From contig CP145415.1 in assembly GCA_036867785.1 (NCBI GenBank), positions 930,001 through 994,000 on the forward strand: 64,000 bases of DNA, in the 5' to 3' direction. The notes under the pieces were generated by a model. It was not told where the DNA came from, made no database searches, and saw nothing but the letters and a program-made list of their open reading frames with translations. Source of the stretch: Plasmodiophora brassicae. Lineage: Eukaryota. A program made the translations under genes and the position numbers. The first letter of the stretch is position 1. Each line of letters opens with the position of its first letter. Of this stretch, positions 12,259 through 25,639 are shown in pieces.

Positions 12259-13634
12259 AACCAGTTAGCTTGCAGGCAAATACACAGATCGTGGTCGATC
12301 ACCCAGGCGGACTTGACAGCGGATCGAATTATGAAATTGTGACAGGACCTCCGCCCCACTGGCCTGGAACGATCCGGTCAGCTTTGGCAGCGCCTACTTC
12401 CGAAATCTGGTCACGAATCACGACGAAATCGTTTGGCGTCGAAACTCTGCGCGATCACCAAGCGCCCCATGCACAAGGACGGACTTCGCAGCGGATCAAT
12501 GCCCGGATTAAGTCCGGCCTGCTGCGGGTGCTGCCACAACCGGGTGTCGCCATATGTATCGCGGCCAAGGAGTTGGCGTTCGAACGGACCTGCTATACGC
12601 ACGGCCGGCCATTGTAAACGCTGAAGCGTAGGGTCCCGACGTCTGCGATAAGGCAACCTCGCAAGGTGGATGCTCTCGTGAGCGGCAGGAATCCCCGATC
12701 CCGTAGCCGAGCCGGTGCCGTGCGGAAGTTGTTGACCCGTGTCGCCCACCAGGCTACAGACCGCGGTCTGACCAGGTTCGAGATAGATCGAGGTCGCCGC
12801 GCCCTCGAGGGCGATGAGATATCGACTGTAGCCCAGTGGGCGACACTACCTAGTCTACTGCAACATCGCATCCAACTAATTAACGTCCACGAGCAGCAGT
12901 ACTATATGTATATACTATGGCCAATACATGCATTGGATTCGCGCCTCCCGCACGAAGCTGACATTTTGGCACTGGTGTCCCCGGCATCCTGCCTGAACGG
13001 TCGCCTTCCGCTTCTGTACAGGACTTGTCTGACCAGGACCTGTATTAGGCCTCCAGCTATAACGATGACAACGCCCGGACATGCTACATAGGTAGGTAGG
13101 CCGGTTGGAATACGAGCGCTCTGACCAATGCATTTGCAGTTAGGCCGGTGGGAAAACGTCGGGCTTTTTGACGTCCAGATCTCTTCATAGCTTTGTCGGG
13201 CCCGACAATCGGATCACAACGAGCCATGGCACAGCGTCGCAGCCAGCGTCGTTCGTGGAGAATAGCACGTCAAAGTTCGGGCGCAGGCGACCACCATGGG
13301 ACGCCAGTGCAAGCGTCGCCGTCAGCTGGCGCCTGGCTAGTGGCTACGAGCAAAGCGGGCATTATGACAACTACAAGGATGTCAGGCTGCAAGCGGACTG
13401 GGAAACGGCGGATCGGCCGGATGCCGACCCCCGACCAAATGCAAGTACGACTCGCATCAGTGCGTGTATCTGACGAAACCGCCGCTTGGGGTAACAGCCG
13501 AGGTAGACGGTTATATATATATCGCAGTCCTGCGCGAAGCAAAGCTAGCCCGAAACTCTAGTATGTGACTATCCATACAACGAAGAGCATAGGCGTTCGA
13601 AATTCATTATTCCGTGTTCAGCGTAATGCCACGG

Positions 13635-13997
13635 TCAAAACCATGGAAATGGGAGAATGATAGCAAGCGTTTCGTCATACATGGTTGTTCGCGGATACGG
13701 AGTGCCTGGCTGAGGTTGCTCGTCTATGTGTCCAAGCAGAGTGGGATTGGAGTTGCCTGGAAGGTCGACGATCTGGCGAGCGCGGGCAGGTTGAACATCT
13801 CTCGTTGTGGGACCGGAATAGAGGCGGCATGGAAGGCCATCGACGCGATGATGTTCTTGTCCTACAGGGTGTTTGCACAGATGACGTGCCGCTTGCAGCA
13901 GCGTGATTGCCACCAACGGATGAACAGGTGGAGGCCCTACTGCACTGACCTCTCGAATAACGGCCAAGAAGAGCAACACCGTCAGCCAAGCCGCCAT
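13635..13997 (-). CDS. Small secreted orphan protein (120 aa)
   Basis: ATG at 13997, signal-peptide-like MAAWLTVLLFLAVIREVSA; no recognisable domain. Confidence 0.5.
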   Translation of the reverse strand: MAAWLTVLLFLAVIREVSAVGPPPVHPLVAITLLQAARHLCKHPVGQEHHRVDGLPCRLYSGPTTRDVQPARARQIVDLPGNSNPTLLGHIDEQPQPGTPYPRTTMYDETLAIILPFPWF

Positions 13998-14257
13998 GGT
14001 CGAAGAACTGGTTCCGCACGCCGCGGAGGAGGAGATCCGCGTTCGCAACACAGGTCACGGGCTCGCGGCACGTTGCCGTCCAAGTCACGTGTCAATATCG
14101 CGGCAGCAGCATTCATCTCATGCTCTTTTTATCGGGGAGTGTATTTTCGACCGCGCTCTTGCGCGTCTCGCTTACGAGCTGTGTTCGTAGTGGGCAGTTC
14201 GCTAGCGCAAACCCAGTTGACAGTTGGGGCAACGCGAGCTCCGTTAGGGCGCGTGCC

Positions 14258-14270
14258 ATATAATATAAAA
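14258..14270 (+). promoter_or_regulatory. TATA-like element upstream of eIF5A
   Basis: ATATAATATAAAA in GC-rich context, about 125 nt upstream of the eIF5A ATG. Confidence 0.4.
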
Positions 14271-14391
14271 GACGCCACAGTCCGGCGGCGGACGTCTTTA
14301 GGTCCGTACGGACTTGGCTACTGCGCCTGCTCACCCGTTGATCGCCGCATACGCCAGGTTTGTCGCGGGGGGTCCACCACACACCGGCACA

Positions 14392-14988
14392 ATGGCGGAT
14401 GAATCGAGCGAGAATGCGTCCAAGATGACGCCCATCAAAGCTGGGTCGTTGAAGAAGGGCGGATACCTCCAGATCAAGGGGCACCCTTGCAAGGTATTAA
14501 GCATGTTGGTTCCGAAGTCGTCGATGCCGCTGATGACCGTGACGGCGACCAGATCATGTCGATGTCGACGTCGAAGACCGGCAAGCACGGGCATGCTAAG
14601 ATGAACATTGTCGGCGTTGACGTCTTGACTTCGAAGAAGTACGAAGACATGACGCCGACTTCGCACACCGTCATGGTTCCAATCGTCACCAAGACCGAAT
14701 TCCAGGTCATCGACATCGCCGATGGATACGTCCACGTAAAGCTTGATATGAATGAGGGGTATGCCAGCATGGATTAATCGTCGACTCTGCTAGATCATGG
14801 ACGAGGATGGTACTCCGATCGAGGACGTGAAGCTGCCTGAAGACGAGCTGGGCACGCAGATCCAGGAAGCCTTCGAGGCTGGCGACAAGGACGTCCTTGT
14901 TACTGTCCTGCAGGCGCCGGAGGGCGAAGACGCGAACCAGGCCAACTGGGTCCGCATGATTGTTTCATTCAAGACGGTTGGCCAGTAA
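14392..14988 (+). CDS. eIF5A: Translation factor eIF5A (3 exons)
   Basis: AGSLKKGGYLQIKGHPCK; hypusine motif STSKTGKHGHAK; OB-domain C-terminus; two GT-AG introns. Confidence 0.96.
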
Positions 14989-15861
14989 ATCGTCGTTCGA
15001 TGATCCGCATATCGACCGAATCCGGACCCCGTTCCCCCCTTTATACTCTCTTCTGAAAACCGCTTCCCTGTCCTCAATTTGATCATTGATCGAAATACGC
15101 ACCGACCGAGATAGTAAACTGCCCAACACGTCATTTATCAAGCGAATTATGTCACATGTGCGACTCAGGCCGCGGCCGCTGGTGTCTGCGATATGGCTCT
15201 CCCGAAGGCTCTACAGTGCCGTCCGAGGCAGAGCATCTCGCTGCGGATGGCAATCGATCTAGCTTCGGTCGTCCCGTCGAAGCATTTCCAGGTTTTGCTG
15301 CTGCTCGCACGTTGGTTAAGAACGGTACCAGCAAACGCGTTCCTCGATCAGGACGGTCAAGGCGAACTTGTTCCGCGAACAGCTGCCTCAACTCTGCAAG
15401 TGTTTCAGGCGGGGAAAGGCCATAGCCTCCGACATCGTGGGCGGCCTGTTCGCTGGCAGAAGCCAGCCGCCGAACCATGATTGCCTTGCAGGGCAAGAGA
15501 TAAATTGTGCCCGCTGTGATGGGACTGCCAGAAGCGGTTGGCGTTACCCTGCCCCATTTCACTTCATCGATCGCGTCTAGATGTGTACGTTTTTCAGGGC
15601 CAGTCTAAGTAGATGACCGCCTGTGGGCCCCTGGGGGTCCCGCCCTGCGCGTGACGTGTAGGCCGTCGTCACTCTTGGTCGGAAGCGGCCGCTCTGGGCC
15701 AACAACCCCCTGTCACAGGCTGCGCGAATCGAGACGACGAGCCGCTCCGTCGCTTGCCTTCCAGACGGCCAACGCAGCCCCGTTCACGTTGTTCCTGGTT
15801 GCCCGTCGTCGGAAGACCGTCTAGAACAGGGCGTTCGCGGGCCAGTCTTCAAACGGCGACG

Positions 15862-18800
15862 ATGTCGTTGCTGCGACACGTTCGATTCGCAGGCAGGGCG
15901 TCAACTGCCGTCGTGAGGCGCCGCCTGCCGCCGGTATTGTCCTCGCGTGCCTTTCACGTACGTCCCCATTCGGCAGGTTGTTCAGTCTATTCAGTTCAGA
16001 CGTGGTAACAGGCCAGCACCCCGCTCTTCCTTTCGAAATCGTCTGGGGGTGAAGATGACGGCATCCACGTGGAGCATATCGATTCAGGAGCAGGTAATAG
16101 TATCGCAACGTTCCTATGCCATGCTGGTGCTAATCGGGTACGGCGCTAGACGCCCTGTCAAAAGCGATGCTGACAACGCCGAAGGATGTGCTTGTCCTGC
16201 CATTGCTTAAGCGGCCGGTGTTCCCTGGGATTGTCGCACCGGTTGTTGTCCCCAACGACTCGTTCGCGCCAACGCTGCAGATCATCCGAGACAACCTGCC
16301 AATGCATGTCGGCCTGTTCTTAACCAAGGACTACAACGCGGCTGGCTCCATCAACCGCATCGACCAGATCCAGAAGACGGGATTGCTGGCCCAGGTCTGG
16401 ACTGAGTAATAATTCAAGTCGTATGTTAACCTTGACATCGGCGGGACAGGTTCTCCGCGTGTTCCCTCACAAGCAGGGCATGTCTCAGGTGGTCCTGATC
16501 GGACTGCATCGCGTGAACGCCATGGCTCCGAAACAAGGCGTCTCGCCGTTCCACGTCGAAATCGAAGCCCTGAAAGACGAAACCTATCAGGCAGAACACG
16601 ACACGACTGTCAAGGTTGATGCTCCGTTCGGCTAGTGTGAAGTGGCCTTCCACTGACGCGGGGCCATACAGGCCCTGACAAACGAGATCGTCCTCGCAGT
16701 TAAAGAGCTACTCAAACTCAGGCCAATGTTCAAAGAACAGTTCACGACGATTATCGAGCAAAGCGATCTGAGCCTGCCGGGCGACCTGGCTGACTGCGTT
16801 GCCGGACTAACGAGCTCTGATGCGAAATCGGCCCAGGCCGTTCTGGAGGCGGTCTCCATTCCCGAACGTCTCAAGCTCGCTCTGGCCATGGTTCGTAAAG
16901 AGATCGAGTACAGCGAGATGCAGGTCAAGTTCAACGTTCAGGTCGATGGTGCCGTCAACAAGACGCACAGGCGTAAAGCGAATCGGCGTTTCCAGCATTG
17001 CCGGAATTGTAACGCTGTTGGCAGGAGTTGTGCTGATGGATCAGCTCAAGCAAATCAAGAAGGAGCTTGGGATGGAGAACGACGAGAAGGATGCGCTGAT
17101 TACCAAGTTCCAGAACCGATTAGCTGAGAAGGACGTCCCCGAGAATGTCCTCGCGACGGCAACTGAGGAAATGAACAAGCTGGCGAGCTTGGAGCCGTCG
17201 TCGTCGGAATTCGGGGTGACCCGCAATTACTTGGACTGGATCTCGATCTTGCCATGGGGTGTGGCATCAGAGGAGAACTTCAACTTGGACAAAGCCAAGC
17301 AAGTGCTCAACGACGACCACTTCGGCCTGGACGACGTCAAGGAGCGTATCCTGGAACTGATTGCAGTGGGCGCGCTCAAGGGCTCTGTCAACGGAAAGAT
17401 CCTGTGCCTCGTTGGCCCGCCCGGTGTTGGCAAGACGAGCATCGGCAAGTCCATCGCCCGAGCACTGGACAGGAAATTCTACAGGTTCTCCGTCGGTGGC
17501 ATGACTGACGTCGCTGAGATCAAAGGCCACCGGTATGTCGTGATTCGGCGGCATCCAGGCACAAATTGCTGATGGGCATTCGTAGTCGAACTTACGTTGG
17601 CGCAATGCCTGGTAAAGTGCTGCAGGCGCTGAAGGTCACCCAAACCTGCAATCCGGTCCTGCTGATTGACGAGATCGACAAGATGGGCCGGGGAACCAAT
17701 GGGGACCCTGGGTCTGCTCTGCTGGAGGTGCTGGACCCGGAGCAGAACAAGGTACTGCCCAATGGGTGTACGTTGCGGTATCAGTGGGTGACTGCTCTCC
17801 AGGCCTTCCTGGACCATTACCTGGATCTCCCGTTCGATGTTTCTTCTGTGCTTTTCCTGGTGACAGCCAACTCGTTGTCCACGATACCCGGCCCGTTGCT
17901 GGACCGCATGGAGGTCATCGAGCTCACCGGGTACGTCACCCAGGAGAAGATTGCCATCGCCGAGAAATACCTGGTCCCGAGAGCCATGGCCGACTGTGGA
18001 TTGACCGCTGATGAAGTCAAGCTAGAGTCCAGCGCTCTAGCCGGCCTGGTGACAAACTACTGCCGAGAGGTGCACCTGACGTGCGAATCTATTGACATGG
18101 GATTCTCATGTATCGTGTCAATAGGCTGGAGTGCGTCACCTGCAGCAGCAGATCGAAAAGATCCTCAGGAAAGTGACGCTCCAGGTCGCGAGTGGGCTCT
18201 CCAAATCAATGACCGTCACTGGCGACAACCTGGTCGATTTCGTCGGCCACCCGCTGTACACGACCGATCGTTACCATGAGCGCACGCCGCCCGGTGTGGT
18301 CATGGCCCTGGCCTGGAACAGCAACGGCGGTTCGACAATGTACATCGAGAGTATTGCTGGCCGCCAGATCCCATCGGGTGGCCAGCCAGGCGCGTTGCAG
18401 ACCACCGGCCACCTCGGAGAGGTCATGACAGAGAGCACAAACATTGCCATGTCGTTCGCGAGGTCATTCCTGACCAAGGTGGCCCCCGGCAACGATTTCT
18501 TCGACACGAGCAACGTCCACATGCATGTCCCGCACGGGGGAACACCCAAAGAGGGCCCTAGCGCGGGCTGTGCCATGGTGACCTCGTTGATCTCCTTGGC
18601 GTTGAACCAGCCGGTCCAGCACGACCTGGCGATGACAGGCGAGGTGACCCTGACGGGAAAGGTGCTGAGGATCGGCGGCGTCCGGGAAAAGACGATGGCG
18701 GCGCGACGATCCGGTGCCACACACATCGTCTTCCCAGCGGAAAACTTTGCCGACTTCCAGGACCTGCCCGAGTACATTCGCGAGGGCGTGACCGCCCACT

Positions 18801-18889
18801 TCGTGTCGGACTATAGCGAGATCTTTGCTATTGCGTTCCCGGACCTCCAGGACAAGGAGCACGTCTCCGACGTCGTCGCCGCCGTCTGA
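15862..18889 (+). CDS. LONP1: Mitochondrial Lon protease, multi-exon
   Basis: Arg-rich presequence [14 protein letters not shown]; Lon-[12 protein letters not shown]; Walker [27 protein letters not shown]; catalytic Ser in PKEGPSAG and Lys in IGGVREK. Confidence 0.96.
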
Positions 18890-19064
18890 AACGGTACGAC
18901 CTGAACATAACCCGACACTACTGATACAGTATTATTGCTGTGTTCTTCGTGCAACCGGACGGCCAGTGGGTAGACGGCGGCTGCCCATCGTACAGCTGCA
19001 TGGAACGGACGTGGTCGGGGTGTAGGTACTCGCGTCACAGACCCGTGCCGCGAACTGTGGTGAA

Positions 19065-21567
19065 ATGCGGGTGTCGACGCTGACGCGGCTGCCCGGTCAC
19101 CTGCTTGCAATCAGGGTGATCGCGGCGATGCCGGTAACGTCGCCCCACGTGGATCCCACATACGCTGAGCGCCTCATGGCGCTCGTCGACCCAACCGTGC
19201 CCTTCGATCCGACCTCGGATGCGTACTGGGAGGTAACCCGCGATCACGAAACGCACCGCCCCGTATAGTGGACAAGCTCACGTTGCCGTTCTGGCAGCGC
19301 ATCGCGTTTCTAGCGATACCAGGGGCGGCTCTCCTGGCCGGGTTCCTGTTATCGGGTGCGATTTTCATCATCGCCCGTTGCTGTTGCAATTCCGTACGAA
19401 CACACATGTGCCATGACGTCTGCTATTATGTACCTAACTGCATGAGCAAGTGTGGCGGCAGGTCACCGTCTATCGAGGGGTATACAAGAAAGGCACGCGC
19501 GGCTCCGTTCCTGACCTTGCTGGCGTTCACGGCCATCGCCGTCTTCGCCTGCGTGATCGCACTCGACTCCAATCACAGGTGCGTCTATCTGCCATTCGCC
19601 CAGACGCCACCAACCCATGGTGCGCTCCTGCAGGGTTTCGACAGCGGTGGGCCGTACCGTGCAAGGAACAACGACAGCACTGGCCGACGCCCAGGACACG
19701 CTAGGCACGATTACCAACAGGCTCGATGCACTGTCAGCCGACGTGCCAGTTCGGACAGGAAACGTCCAGTCCATCCTGGCGGTCGCCTCCGTCTTACGCA
19801 CCGACCTGGCGGGGATGCTTGGTACCTATAGCAGGCTTGTGTTTGGTGTACAAGCGGCCCGTAATCGGTACTGGTGCACAAAAGGATCTCTGGATGACCT
19901 CGCGAAGACCATGCCTGAGGCCAAGGCTCAAGTTCCCAGTGGCAAGACATATTCATGCTCTTATTGCAAATCAGCCGGCCCAATCATCGCGATGGCCAGC
20001 ACAGACGTCCATCATTACGTCTCAATGACGTTCGACAGCGTCTTTGCTGGAATCGCTGCAGCCAACTCCACAGGTACGACAAAGACTCGTTGCTGCGTAT
20101 GCACACTGATCGTATCGGTAGTTGTTGCCACGAGGTCTGCAGCACTAGCTCAACTGGGCAGCGCCAGAGCACAACTCGGCAACGGAAGTAGTCGATTATC
20201 AGCAGCCAGGGATATCATCGTCCCAGTAGCGCCTCGCGTGGCAACTGGGGAGAACTGGCGGTACTTGGCTGTGAGTGCCGTTTGATCAGCATGCGCAGGT
20301 CATGGTTGGATGACGACTAGCAACAGTTCCAGGTGCTGTTCTGGGTTCCGGTTGCATCGCTGGCCGTAATTCTGGCTGGGGCATTGACCTGTAGCGCGAG
20401 CGCGTTCCGAGTCAACTGCTGTGCCTCTACGGTGGTTGTTATCGGAGCTCTCGTGGTATCAACTGTTTCCATCCCGGCAGCATTCTTCCTACAGGACGCC
20501 TGCCGCTCAGTGAATTCCCGAGAGCATTCCCTGCTGTCCCAGGGCAACACTAGCAACTCGAGTGCAGGTGCGTATATGGCTCCGACATCAATTGGTGCAC
20601 CTGATGCATGCTCTGCAGTCGAGGAGCTAGCGAGCGCCTGTTTTCATAACGCGTCACTGGTGGACATGTTCAACGTCACGGGTATGATGGACCTTGCGAA
20701 TGCGTCGCTGGCCGCCTTGAAGCCAATCCCTGCGACCCGTACCGAGTTGTTGCAGCTGGAGATGCTCACCAATGGTACAAGCAAACTGACCATTGCCACG
20801 TTCGGGTTCAACTCGTCGAACATTGACCAGCGCCTCGTAAGACCGTTCAGCGCGTGCCCCAGGAACGACGCGCTGATGTAGCGGCATAGTTTGCATTCAG
20901 CACGGATCCCACGCTGACGTCGAGGCCGGGAGCGGTGATGTACAACCGATCCACACTAGCCAGTGCACCTGTCGATGCAGCATCGGCTGGGGCAGCCGGT
21001 CTCCCGGCACGTATCGCGGCAAAGGCGAACCTCATGAGTCAAATCGACGATGAGCACCTGGTCACCTTGGCTCTGTCAGCAGTCAAGGTCTGCAATGTGC
21101 ATGCGAGGAGGGAGCGGAATCAGATGATACGCTCTACTTAGGCGAACGTGTCTCGTGTCGCGTTGGAGGTCAGACGCTTTCGGTCCAACATTACCGCGAT
21201 TCAGCAGTTGCTCAAGACAATTCCCCATGAGATCGCCCTGCTGTTCGACAGTGTCAACGCGTTGCGCGATGTGGCGTTCTGTGGATCACTGCCCAGCCAG
21301 TACCTGGACGTGAAATCCTCGGTCTGCACTATCATCATGCCCAACACTGCCCTGTTAAGGTACGAAACGTCGGTCGTCGCCTTGTCCAGCACCCTGATTC
21401 GACGCCGTACATGCAGCCTATGTGCAATCACCGTCGCCCTCGCCGCAATCGCCACCACGGTAACATCCGCAATCCTGTCGAAACGCTGGGGCCGACCGAA
21501 ACGAATTCTGTTCGACTTCAAGAGCGACGCGCGGATGCGATCGTGGCATCCGCCGGCGTCAGCCTGA
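19065..21567 (+). CDS. Tweety/prominin-like multi-pass membrane protein, multi-exon
   Basis: Spliced N-terminus FDPTSDAYWE/RIAFLAIPGAALLAGFLLSGAIFIIARCCC resembles Tweety TM1; about five TM segments with two long helical loops; FLQDAC and FCGSL...VCT cysteine motifs; true start may be 19128. Confidence 0.65.
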
Positions 21568-21850
21568 CGTGTTAAAACGGCGCGCCTCCGCCCAACCCAA
21601 ACTGGCCAGAGGAACCATCAGCGCAGGTTTTTGGTCGAAACGGCGCGGAACCGGCCGGGGGCGGGCGGCTGCGAGGTTCGTCGTCGTCCGCGGGCCGCGG
21701 CACGCCAGCCACGGACTGGGCCGGCGTTTACGGTTGCACAACGCCCAAAAGTGGGGGGTGTTGTGCGATCCGTTGGACCTTATACGGCGCCGCCGTCAGC
21801 GACAGCATCGTCGACGGGTCGCGGGCCGCAGCGTGACGGCCGACACCGGC

Positions 21851-22194
21851 ATGGGCCAGGACAGTTCCGCCGTTGGGTTCGTGGCGGCGTCGGGTGGCGC
21901 GCCCGTCTCGCTCCGCGATGCCGTGTCGGCGTCGCTTCAGCAGCAGATAGAGGGCGACCCGAGCGTCAAATCAGAACTGCCGTCGTCCGAGCAGTCGAGC
22001 GAGTACGTACTTTCGCGTGGCGGAACCGGACAACCCTGTGTCCTAACCGGGGCGGTAGGCAGGCGAAACGGCCCAGGTCGCATTTCGCGACGGTGATCGT
22101 GTCAGGCGCGACGATGGTCCTGTTCACAGGGGCGGCCACTGCTGCTGGCGTATACTCCTTCTTCAAATGGGCCGTGTCCCGCCGCCGACACTGA
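21851..22194 (+). CDS. Small tail-anchored membrane protein (2 exons)
   Basis: MGQDSSAVGF... spliced in frame to QAKRPRSHFATVIVSGATMVLFTGAATAAGVYSFFKWAVSRRRH*; C-terminal TM followed by a basic tail. Confidence 0.6.
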
Positions 22195-22399
22195 CCGTCC
22201 CCCCACCGGTTCCATAAATTCGACAATGATGGCCTGCTGGCCGTACACGCCAGAATGTTTCCCAAACGTGTCCCTCGGGGCCAGCGCGAACTGGTAAACC
22301 CTGGATAGGCCTGACACTGTGCGCACCCGAAACGGAAGAACGTATTTTCGACAAGTCGCTGTGGATCCTGCTCAGTCGGGATTGCGTTGGCCGCTGGGG

Positions 22400-23944
22400 A
22401 TGGTCGCCGAGGTCAGTGTCGGCTGGGCGGCGAGCGACGACGCGGTGATCGACGCTTGCACTGCGGGCGCAGACGGGCTTGTGATGCGCGTTCCAGTGCC
22501 TGATGGGGACGATCCCGTGCCGGCACTGGCCCGGGTGTACCGCGTTGTCCTGGACCGCATCGGGCCCGATTTCGACATCACGGTTGTGCCGACGACGGAA
22601 ACGATCGGAGACCACGGCGTTGCCGTTCTCGGTGGCACGTTCGACCATCTTCACGCCGGGCACAAGCTGCTGCTAGGTGCGGCCATGTGGGCCATCCGGG
22701 GCTCTGAATCACCTCGTCTGTTCGTCGGGTTGACGACCGACGCGATGCTGAAGAACAAGGCGTTTGCGGATGCGCTAGAACCGTACGACGCCCGCGTGTC
22801 GAACGTGATCACATTCTGCAAGACAGTCGACCCGCGCGTTCTGGTAACCGTCGTCCCCCTAAACGACATGTTCGGCCCGTCACTTCGCAGCGACGTCGAC
22901 GTGCTTATTGTATCAAGGGAAACGGAAAGCGGGGCAGCCGTCGTCAACGAAAAGCGTGTGCAGCTAGGTAGGTTGACGACTGCCCTTCAACACACCTATT
23001 GCTAACACGTACTGGCAATGCCGTCGCACGTGCAGGTGAGCGCTCGATCCCGGTCGTTGTCGTTGACACCATTGGGTACGTCAACGTCGAGTGGATTGGA
23101 AGTGGCCGCGACGTTCATTTCCGGATCGGGCAGAGTACATGGCTCTATGGAGAAGCTCAGCTCGACCGCGATTCGTCGCAAGATTGTTCGAAATCGCCAT
23201 TTGCAGACTCGGTGGTCGGCGCTGATGACGGTACGGTGCGACCTGCAAGAGGCGCGTACCAACCCCCCTGACATCTATTGCACAGCGACTGGGAGTATCT
23301 GAAACCATGGCGAAACCCTGGTTCGAGCGCGTATGTACTCTCTACGAGTCTGCCGGGCGGCACTACCACACGCTCGAACATATTGACGCGATGTTGCGTT
23401 CATTGGACGAGTACGCAGCGCCTGAGGAACCCAGGGTTGTTGAACTCGCCGTCTGGTTCCACGACTGCATCTACGACGTCTTTCGGTCGGACAACGAGGA
23501 ACGCAGTGCCGACCTTGCCGATCAGTTCGCGGCCGAAACCGGCATCGACCCCGGGATCGCGCAAGCTGTTCGACAGTTCATCGTGGCGACAAAGTCGCAC
23601 GACCTCCCGGGAAACGCCTCGCACGACATGAAACTGTTCCTCGACCTGGACATGGCCATCCTGGGCTCCCCGCCTGATCTCTACGTCCGATACGCCAACG
23701 CAATCTGGCTCGAATACCAACCTGCCTACTCGTAAGTCCCGACGCTGTCCCGTCTGGGTCCGGTCTGACCAGCACCCACCTGAGTCGCGAAGCCTTTATC
23801 GCTGGCCGCACCCGCCTTCTTCGCAACTGGTTAGCCAAACCGGCCCTGTACCACTCTACCGTGGTCCACGACCGTCTCGACGCCGCCGCACGAAAGAACA
23901 TCGAAAACGAGCTGGTGTCATTAAACCTGCCTCACCCATTGTGA
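22400..23944 (+). CDS. Phosphopantetheine adenylyltransferase (eukaryote/archaeal type) fused to an HD-superfamily phosphohydrolase (5 exons)
   Basis: GGTFDHLHAGHKLLL, LNDMFGPS, LIVSRET, EKLSSTAIRR, then RHYHTLEH, AVWFHDCIYD, DNEERSA, FLDLDMAILG; introns 22968-23035, 23076-23133, 23231-23285 and 23732-23772 keep a single frame; start codon tentative. Confidence 0.85.
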
Positions 23945-24048
23945 CAGGCTTGGAGAGATGAAACCGAAATCGGTCCACCTGACGTCGTCATCAGCCTGGG
24001 CCGCGTTGCGACGGGGTCCATTTCCGATTGCGAACGGCGGTGCTCCGC

Positions 24049-25440
24049 ATGGTCAGGATCGGGAACGCGGTCCGATCGGCGGCCGCGTGGCGGGGACCCG
24101 TTCGTCATCGACCATCGTCGTCGCTGATGTACGACGAGTTTGTTCGTCGCCCGTCCGTCCCGTTGGCCGTTCGTATCCTGACGCGGGACAACGACCCCGA
24201 TCGGGCGTGGGCGGTGTTCGAGCAGATTGTCGCGTCCGAGGCGGACGTGGGCGTCCCGTTCTACCAGGCCATGATGACGTTCTGTCGTCGACGGATGCCG
24301 TCCAAGGCGCCCGATGTCATGTACACGGTCGTGGAGCGGGATGTGCCGACCTGTGATGGTCTGTTCTGCATGTTTCTCGCCGCTTGCCAGTGCATGAGGC
24401 CGATCCCGGTCGACGCCGTCCTCGACGTGTACAGCAGGAGCGGGCTTCGTTCGCACAATGCCTTGTTCGGCGTGGCCCATATCTGCCGGCTGGCGTTGCG
24501 CCCAGCATCGGCCCTATTCCTCATCTTCGACGCGATCGAATACGAAGTGGTATTCTCCGACCGGTTGCTGTCGGTTCTTGCTGCCTGCTGCGCTGAATCC
24601 ACCTGTCCAGAAGGGGCGAACGCCGCCGAAGTCATCATGGACATGCTTCGAGCGAGGCAAATCGCGCCTTACTCGAACCATCCTGCCTTTGGCAACCTTG
24701 TAAAAGCCTTGCTGGCCCAAAACCGTCTTGATTCTGCTCTTGGAATCCTTTCTCTGATGGATTCCATTGGCGTCCCGCCGTCTGCTCGAACCTTCACCCA
24801 CGTCCTGCTGGCACTCGCCAAAGGTGATCGCGTCTCGGAGGCGATCAGTGTCTTCCGAACGATGCTCGATAGAAACGTCGATGTTGCTGTACCGGCGTTT
24901 GCCTCTCTTGTCGCCGCTTGTGGACGATGCTCGAAATTGTCAGATCTTCGCGTCCTGCATCAGCATTCAGAGAACAGAGCGCTCCTGCAGAATGAAATGG
25001 TAGCGAACGCGTTTGCGTCAACGTTTGCCAAAGCAGGTCTCGTCTACGAGGCGCTGGATGTATTCCAGGACATGGTTGACGATGGCCTGGAGGTGGATGC
25101 TGTTTCGATGGTCTCGCTTATTGCTGCGTGCGCTGAACGCTTCTACATGTCGAACTTGCAGACGCTGCATCAGTATGCGCGAAACAGGCGACTGATGAAG
25201 AGGAATCGAGTTGCAAGCGCCTTTGTGTCTGCATATATGCTATGTGGGGACCTCGAGGCGTCGGAGCGGGTGTTCCGAACCAAGCACAGCTGGTGTACGA
25301 AACGACATCGTACTGCTGCACAAGAACCTGCCCAGCCTGAGATCACATCGGCACGCAAGACGACTGTGGAACGCGAGAACGAATATCGACAACTCCGATC
25401 AGTTTTCGTCTGGAATGCCATCAGACGATGGACCTGGTGA
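24049..25440 (+). CDS. Pentatricopeptide-repeat (PPR) protein, probably mitochondrial
   Basis: Intronless ORF with ~35-aa helical repeats (e.g. [51 protein letters not shown]); Arg-rich N-terminus. Confidence 0.85.
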
Positions 25441-25639
25441 TAGAGGTACGTTTCGCTTAATCACTCTGGCAATCTCGCTCGAACCTGTCACAGGTCATCC
25501 TAGCATACACGCGCGCTTACTTCAAAGTGCCAAAGTACCCCAGCTTAGAGGTCGAAAGGCGCAGTTGACAGGCACGTGGGCGCACACACAGCGCAGCCAC
25601 TGTGATGGGAACATCCTGGACGTGATTGCAGTCGCCACG

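Noticed and set aside
12300-13600. Several 60-140-aa ORFs on both strands
   Set aside because: No recognisable motifs, consistent splice structure or terminal repeats; likely intergenic or decayed sequence
18540-18570. Lon active-site motif PKEGPSAG instead of PKDGPSAG
   Set aside because: Conservative substitution with the Ser-Lys dyad intact; not enough to infer altered function
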